From Paraspadella gotoi (lineage: Eukaryota > Animalia > Chaetognatha), in contig JBJCIZ010000166.1 of assembly GCA_051294375.1 (NCBI GenBank), positions 1 to 26,792 of the forward strand: a stretch of DNA of 26,792 nucleotides, written 5' to 3'. The translations under genes and the position numbers were made by a program. The notes beneath the pieces were generated by a model. The model searched no databases. It was not told the origin of the DNA and saw only the letters and a program-made list of their open reading frames with translations. Below are positions 22,483-26,792 of this stretch, one piece after another; positions within the stretch are counted from its first letter, which is position 1, and every line of letters starts with the position of its first letter.

Positions 22483-25400
22483 TCCCCCCCAGACGATAAG
22501 ACTGAAAGGAGTGAGGAGTCCAGGTGAGTAGGTAGAGAAGAAGAAAAAGAAGAACGTTTGGGCTCAGACGTATTGTTTTGTTCAAGGAGATGTTGAAGCA
22601 CTGCATTATAGTTGGGTCTCGACGTGGCGTTGACGCCGCGGCGGAAAGGGACAGGGGTGTGGCATCGATTAGACGATGCCGGCGCCGCGTCCAACGGTTG
22701 CGAGGGCATTGTCATAAATGACGACGTCGAAACTGGATCGGCGTAAGATATCGCATTTTCTTGTTCCTGCGTGGTGGGCGTGGCCGGAAGTGACGCTTCT
22801 TTGTCGTTTTTGCTCTCCTCCTCTGCTATTATCGATTGGAGGCGCGTTTTTGAGCGGGTTTGAATTGACGATGGAGGGAGATGCCTTGTTCTGGCGCCGG
22901 GGCGTCGACCGGGTCGAGGGAGCGGCGGCGTTGATGGCCTCTCTTCCTCTGGAGGGTCGTCGTCGGCAGTGGCCTCATCCCAGACGATGGCTGGCTTGAT
23001 GCGCGCGATGGTTACCGTTTCTATTCCTCTTCCAGGTATTTCCACCTTGAAGTTTAAGTTGTCTCTGGCTACAACTTTGAACGGACCTTCATAGGGCGCA
23101 GTGAGAGGCGGGCTGACCCCTCCCTTGCGGATGAAGACATAAGACGCCGTCGCGAGGGCATCGGGTAAGTGAACGCGTGGGAGGCGATGGCTGCTTGTAG
23201 GAATGGGCTGCAATCTCTCAACTTCAAGACGAAGTTCATCGCGGAGACGACGTTGAGCTTCTCTTTCTTCGGCGGCGTCGCTCGGGCAGAGGACGGCGCC
23301 GGGAATCGTTAGACCGTCGCCGTAAACCATGTGGGCTGGTGACGCTCCGATGTCGGGCTTGACGGTCGTCCGGATTGCCAAGAGAGCTGAAGGCAAGCGC
23401 CAATACCATTGAGAGGGTTCATCGGCGCCGAGTGCAATTAATGCCTCTTTGAGGCGCCGATGGAATCTCTCCACAAGTCCATTGGCCTCTGGATGGTAAG
23501 CTGTAGTTTGGTTGAGTTTACATCCCCACGTTTTGCCCAGCTGTGTCCATATTGTCGAGGTAAACTGGGATCCTCTGTCCGTGGTTATTTCGGAGGGGAT
23601 GCCGTAGGTAGCAATCCACCCATGGGTGAATGCGTCCGCGACCGTTACCGCCGAAATGTTTTTAATAGGGATGGCGGTCGGCCATCTTGAAAAACGATCG
23701 ACTGCCGTCAAAAGATATGAGAATCCATTCGACGGTGGCATGTGAACAATATCTACGTGAATGTGCTGGAAGCGTCGAGGAGGAACCTTGAAATCGCCGA
23801 TTAGGGGCACGGTGTGGCGCGTCACTTTCGCGCGTTGACATGGAACGCACTGCCGTGCCCAGCGTGTAACATCGGCGCGCATGGAAGGCCACACAAAGTT
23901 TTCCGCGATCGTCTCTCTCGTACGTGCAACGCCGGGATGGCCGAGTCCGTGAATGGCATCGAAAACTTTTCGGCGCCATGATTCCGGGACGAAGGGGCGC
24001 GCTGGGCCATTAGAGATATCGACGACAATCTCTTCATCGCCGATATGGATCCTTTTGAAGCGCAGGCCTGATTGGGCGTCGTCGAGGAGTCTGCGAAAAT
24101 CGCGATCTAGGGGTTGTTGCCTCGCCATCTCCTTTAAATCGATGCCTTGGTGACCAACTGCTGCAACTACTCGAGTCAGGTCTTCAACCTTGGCGGCGTC
24201 GATTGGTTTGTCGATTGCTGCAACGATTGGTGGAAGGATGGCGTTTGGGCGGGAGAGGGCGTCGGCCACCACGTTAGCTTTTCCCTCAACATGGCGGATG
24301 TCCGTTGTATATTCGGATATTACTGAGAGCTGAAAGGTTTGACGGGCAGTTTGAGGTTCGCTCTTTTTGTGCAGGGCATGTATGAGGGACAAGTGGTCCG
24401 TATAAAGAACAAAAGTGCGTCCCTCAAGCCATGGGCGGAAATGGCGGATGGCCCTGAAAGCTCCATACAGTTCTCGGTCGAATGGGGGCCATCTCCGCTG
24501 TGAATCGTTGAGTTTTGCAGAGAAGAATGCGAGTGGCTCCCATCCCATGTCGCCGCGTTGCTCGAGGACGGCGCCTACTGCGTGATCAGAGGCGTCCGTT
24601 GTTAGAGAAAGTTGGGCGCCGGTTTTTGGGTGCCGAAGGAGGACGGCGCTGGCTAGAGCATCTTTGACGGCGTCAAAACCTTTCTGACAAGCTCCAGACC
24701 ATTCCAGTTTCTTCGGCTTCCCCTTCAGGGCATCGTACAGCGGCGCCGCGTGATGAGCTACTCTCGGTATAAAACGCCTATAATAGTTCACCATGCCTAA
24801 GAAACGCTGGAGCTCTTTGATAGTGGTTGGTGGCGTCGTTTGTCGAAGGGCGTCTACTCGCTGCTGGAGAGGTTTGACGCCGTTTTGGTCGACCTGGTAG
24901 CCTAAAAACTCGAGAGAGTCTCGGCCAAGGACGCACTTTTTTCGATTGACTACCAATCCATTGGCGTCAAGAGCTTTGAAGACTTTTTCCAAGTCTTGGA
25001 GGTGCTCCTCAGGTGTTTCGCTTGCGACGAGGATGTCATCCAGATATACGTAGGTGTGAGGGATTTCGCCGAGGATCTCGTCCATTAGCCTCTGAAAGTC
25101 CTGGCCCGCGTTCTTGAGGCCGAAAGGGGTGCGAGGAAACACATAGAGGCCAAATGGGGTTATCACTGCGGTCTTGGGAATATCCTCTTGGGCCACAGGG
25201 ATTTGATGATATCCCTTGAGGAGATCGATCTTTGAAAAAACTTTTTTCCCCGCCAACTCGGCGTTGAAATCGGCAAGGAGTTTGACGGGGTAGCGGTCCG
25301 GGATGGTTTTTGAATTAAGTTGCCGATAGTCTCCGCACACTCTCCAACCCCCGTCGGCCTTCGGAACACAATGGAGAGGCGATGACCACTCGCTCTTTGA

Positions 25401-26063
25401 TCGGTAGGCGACGCCGAGAGCAACCATGCGATCCAACTCGGCCTTGGCGACGGCCAGCTTCTCTGGAGAGAGTCTGCGCGCGCGGGATCGACATGGCGGG
25501 CCTTCTGTCGGAATATAATGGCGGACGCCATGCTTTGGCTCCTTTATCTCAAAGGTAGGCTTTGAGAGATTGGGGAAACTGTCGAGCAGCTGATAGAATT
25601 GATCGTTGGTCTGGTCGACAAAGTTGATGGGGGATGGTGCTTCTCCGACTGATTTTGCGCAGGCGATTGTCGAGTAGTCGCGCAGGTCCAGGAGGAGGCC
25701 GTCCCGATGGTTTGGAGCCAAGAAAAATTCGGCAAGAAAATCTGCACCCAGAATATTTTGTGTGACGTCGGCCACGAGAACGTCGAATGGGAAAATTCTG
25801 GGCCCTAATGTAATTCGCCGATGTTCTATTCCATAACAAGCGATTGGGGAACCATTAGCCGCCTGTAATTGGGGGCCTGCTGGTCCTGCAGCACGCTGCT
25901 GTGACGATGGCGGAACAAGAGAAAGCAGGGCGCCGCCATCGACTAGCCATGCGCGGCCGTCGCTTGCGTCGACGACGTGCAGCAAATTCGATTTCATCGG
26001 CGAATTTCCGCTTTGGCGAGGCACGGCGTTCACCGGCGCCGGCCCGCCGAAGCGTTTCCCGCG
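22422..26063 (-). CDS. pol: Gypsy Pol polyprotein (protease, reverse transcriptase, RNase H, integrase); probably expressed as a Gag-Pol fusion through -1 frameshift rather than from the GTG at 26033
   Basis: Uninterrupted 1203-aa ORF. Protease WLVDGGALLS...ILGADFL; RT WSSPLHCVPK, WRVCGDYRQLN, FSKIDLLKGYHQI, PFGLKNAGQDFQR, YVYLDDILV; RNase H LTTDASD, DRELYG, TDHLSL, NVVADALSR. Integrase H..GHPG...CVPC, HIHVDIV, TTDRGSQF, NGLVERFHR, PYEGPFKV. The frame opens at 26063 after a TAA. Confidence 0.97.
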   Translation of the reverse strand, partial: RGKRFGGPAPVNAVPRQSGNSPMKSNLLHVVDASDGRAWLVDGGALLSLVPPSSQQRAAGPAGPQLQAANGSPIACYGIEHRRITLGPRIFPFDVLVADVTQNILGADFLAEFFLAPNHRDGLLLDLRDYSTIACAKSVGEAPSPINFVDQTNDQFYQLLDSFPNLSKPTFEIKEPKHGVRHYIPTEGPPCRSRARRLSPEKLAVAKAELDRMVALGVAYRSKSEWSSPLHCVPKADGGWRVCGDYRQLNSKTIPDRYPVKLLADFNAELAGKKVFSKIDLLKGYHQIPVAQEDIPKTAVITPFGLYVFPRTPFGLKNAGQDFQRLMDEILGEIPHTYVYLDDILVASETPEEHLQDLEKVFKALDANGLVVNRKKCVLGRDSLEFLGYQVDQNGVKPLQQRVDALRQTTPPTTIKELQRFLGMVNYYRRFIPRVAHHAAPLYDALKGKPKKLEWSGACQKGFDAVKDALASAVLLRHPKTGAQLSLTTDASDHAVGAVLEQRGDMGWEPLAFFSAKLNDSQRRWPPFDRELYGAFRAIRHFRPWLEGRTFVLYTDHLSLIHALHKKSEPQTARQTFQLSVISEYTTDIRHVEGKANVVADALSRPNAILPPIVAAIDKPIDAAKVEDLTRVVAAVGHQGIDLKEMARQQPLDRDFRRLLDDAQSGLRFKRIHIGDEEIVVDISNGPARPFVPESWRRKVFDAIHGLGHPGVARTRETIAENFVWPSMRADVTRWARQCVPCQRAKVTRHTVPLIGDFKVPPRRFQHIHVDIVHMPPSNGFSYLLTAVDRFSRWPTAIPIKNISAVTVADAFTHGWIATYGIPSEITTDRGSQFTSTIWTQLGKTWGCKLNQTTAYHPEANGLVERFHRRLKEALIALGADEPSQWYWRLPSALLAIRTTVKPDIGASPAHMVYGDGLTIPGAVLCPSDAAEEREAQRRLRDELRLEVERLQPIPTSSHRLPRVHLPDALATASYVFIRKGGVSPPLTAPYEGPFKVVARDNLNFKVEIPGRGIETVTIARIKPAIVWDEATADDDPPEEERPSTPPLPRPGRRPGARTRHLPPSSIQTRSKTRLQSIIAEEESKNDKEASLPATPTTQEQENAISYADPVSTSSFMTMPSQPLDAAPASSNRCHTPVPFRRGVNATSRPNYNAVLQHLLEQNNTSEPKRSSFSSSLPTHLDSSLLSVLSSGGDVGWNPELTSRDIGRVATME
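22483..22490 (-). other. Polypurine tract of the Gypsy element (GGGGGGGA)
   Basis: The minus strand reads GGGGGGGA immediately followed by TGTAGG, near the end of pol. Confidence 0.85.
25998..26060 (-). promoter_or_regulatory. Programmed -1 ribosomal frameshift signal: slippery G_GGA_AAC, 5-nt spacer, stem-loop/pseudoknot
   Basis: GGGAAAC at 26060-26054 is phased X_XXY_YYZ in the gag frame, and the -1 frame is the pol frame. Downstream GGCGGGCCGGCG can pair with CGCCGTGCCTCGCC, and loop CGGTGAA can pair with TTCGCCG. Confidence 0.85.
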
Positions 26064-26792
26064 TTATCGGCGCGCTTTTCTCCGTATCGAGCACATCCGC
26101 GTTGGCAGCGTCGAGCAGCGTCGCCATACTTCATGTGGAAGAAACAGACCTGTTTCAATCCGGAGACAGGCGGCGCCGGCGTCTTGGATTGGCCCGGCTT
26201 TGAGAAATTGGATTGTTTCGGCGGCGCCGGGCGGTTTTGGTCGCGGCGTCGATTAACGGCGTTGATCACTGTCTGATTTTCTTCGTCGGTTAGTGAATCA
26301 TCAATCTCATCGACGACTTGACCATAGGCGCCGTCGACTTGCAAAGGGGCTTCCTTCGGCGTCAAAATGTTTATCGGCCATCGGAAGTTGAGGACGCCGT
26401 CATTCATCGGCGCGATCGATTAAATTGGCTGGCGGATGTCCAAGGGAAGGCTACGAATGATTAATTCTTTTCGAATATCATCCACGGTCACTGTGGGAGA
26501 ACGCTCAACCATCCTGGCCAGCTGTTGGGATGGTTTGAGGCCGTCTCGTCCTATCTTAGCGTCAAGCAATATTTCGGCTTGCCGACGTTTGTTCAATCCA
26601 TATTCAGTCTTCAAATATTCGATGAAGGCCGCCCAGTTTTCCTCAGTTGGATCACCGAATAGAAAAGAGTTTATCCTTGGGTTCACGTCCACGGCAATCT
26701 TGGACTCCAAGAAAGCAAACTTGTCTTTGGGAGTCGTGACTCGGGCCCTCGTATATGCTGACTCGACTCTCCTGATCCACACTTCGATGTTA
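26030..26792 (-). CDS. gag: Gypsy Gag (5'-truncated by the window edge; local indels and an apparent stop at ~26340-26425)
   Basis: ORFs 26420-26782 and 26030-26407 are in the same frame. WIRRVESAY...DKFAFL...GLKPSQQLARM...LPLDIRQ is capsid-like, and CFFHMKYGDAARRCQRGC is the knuckle (26093-26146). An alternative frame around 26380 reads MADKHFDAEG, suggesting compensating indels. Confidence 0.85.

Larger units (their letters stand above)
22284..26792 (-). mobile_element. Ty3/Gypsy (Metaviridae) LTR retrotransposon, CsRn1/Kabuki/Boudicca-like lineage; 5' end outside the window
   Basis: Gag with a C-x2-H-x9-C-x3-C knuckle, pol in PR-RT-RH-IN order with a GPF module, PPT and a TG-starting 3' LTR. 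Lineage assignment rests on the CHCC motif, not on a phylogeny. Confidence 0.95.

Noticed and set aside
26420-26422. In-frame TAA in gag as a programmed readthrough site
   Set aside because: The more Gag-like peptide (ADKHFDAEG) lies in another frame just downstream, pointing to local indels near the window edge rather than readthrough.
1-26792. CRISPR array, rRNA, prokaryotic defence or retron-type system
   Set aside because: No regularly spaced direct repeats or rRNA/tRNA signatures. Both RTs are LTR-retrotransposon type with protease, RNase H and integrase.

Overview
Eukaryotic (probably invertebrate animal) repeat-rich DNA containing two LTR retrotransposons. No intact host gene, RNA gene or CRISPR array can be supported. 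(1) A + strand BEL/Pao element (about 5665-14456 coding) has Gag zinc knuckles, a DSG protease, an RT with a YVDN motif, RNase H and integrase, all riddled with single-base indels. It looks like three partial copies, but the segment ending at 7794 and the segment starting at 11752 join in frame (W-E-K-V-L-G-V). The intervening ~3.9 kb duplicate plus 25 N is therefore most likely an over-filled assembly gap. After pol come ~1.7 kb of extra sequence with a cluster of very short GT..AG intron-like units and a GC-rich exon-like block, then a candidate PPT. (2) A - strand Ty3/Gypsy element of the CsRn1/Kabuki/Boudicca type (CHCC Gag knuckle) runs from about 22284 off the window end. It has an uninterrupted ~1200-aa pol frame, a clear -1 frameshift cassette (G_GGA_AAC plus a predicted pseudoknot), a PPT and a ~200-bp 3' LTR. 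Between the elements lie a ~600-bp inverted-repeat structure, a GC-rich unassigned block and microsatellites. The first 5.6 kb is uninterpretable and C-skewed. I do not see convincing evidence for a new biological system. The best leads are the putative spliced accessory region of the BEL element and the non-canonical catalytic motifs, and much of the odd structure may be assembly error.
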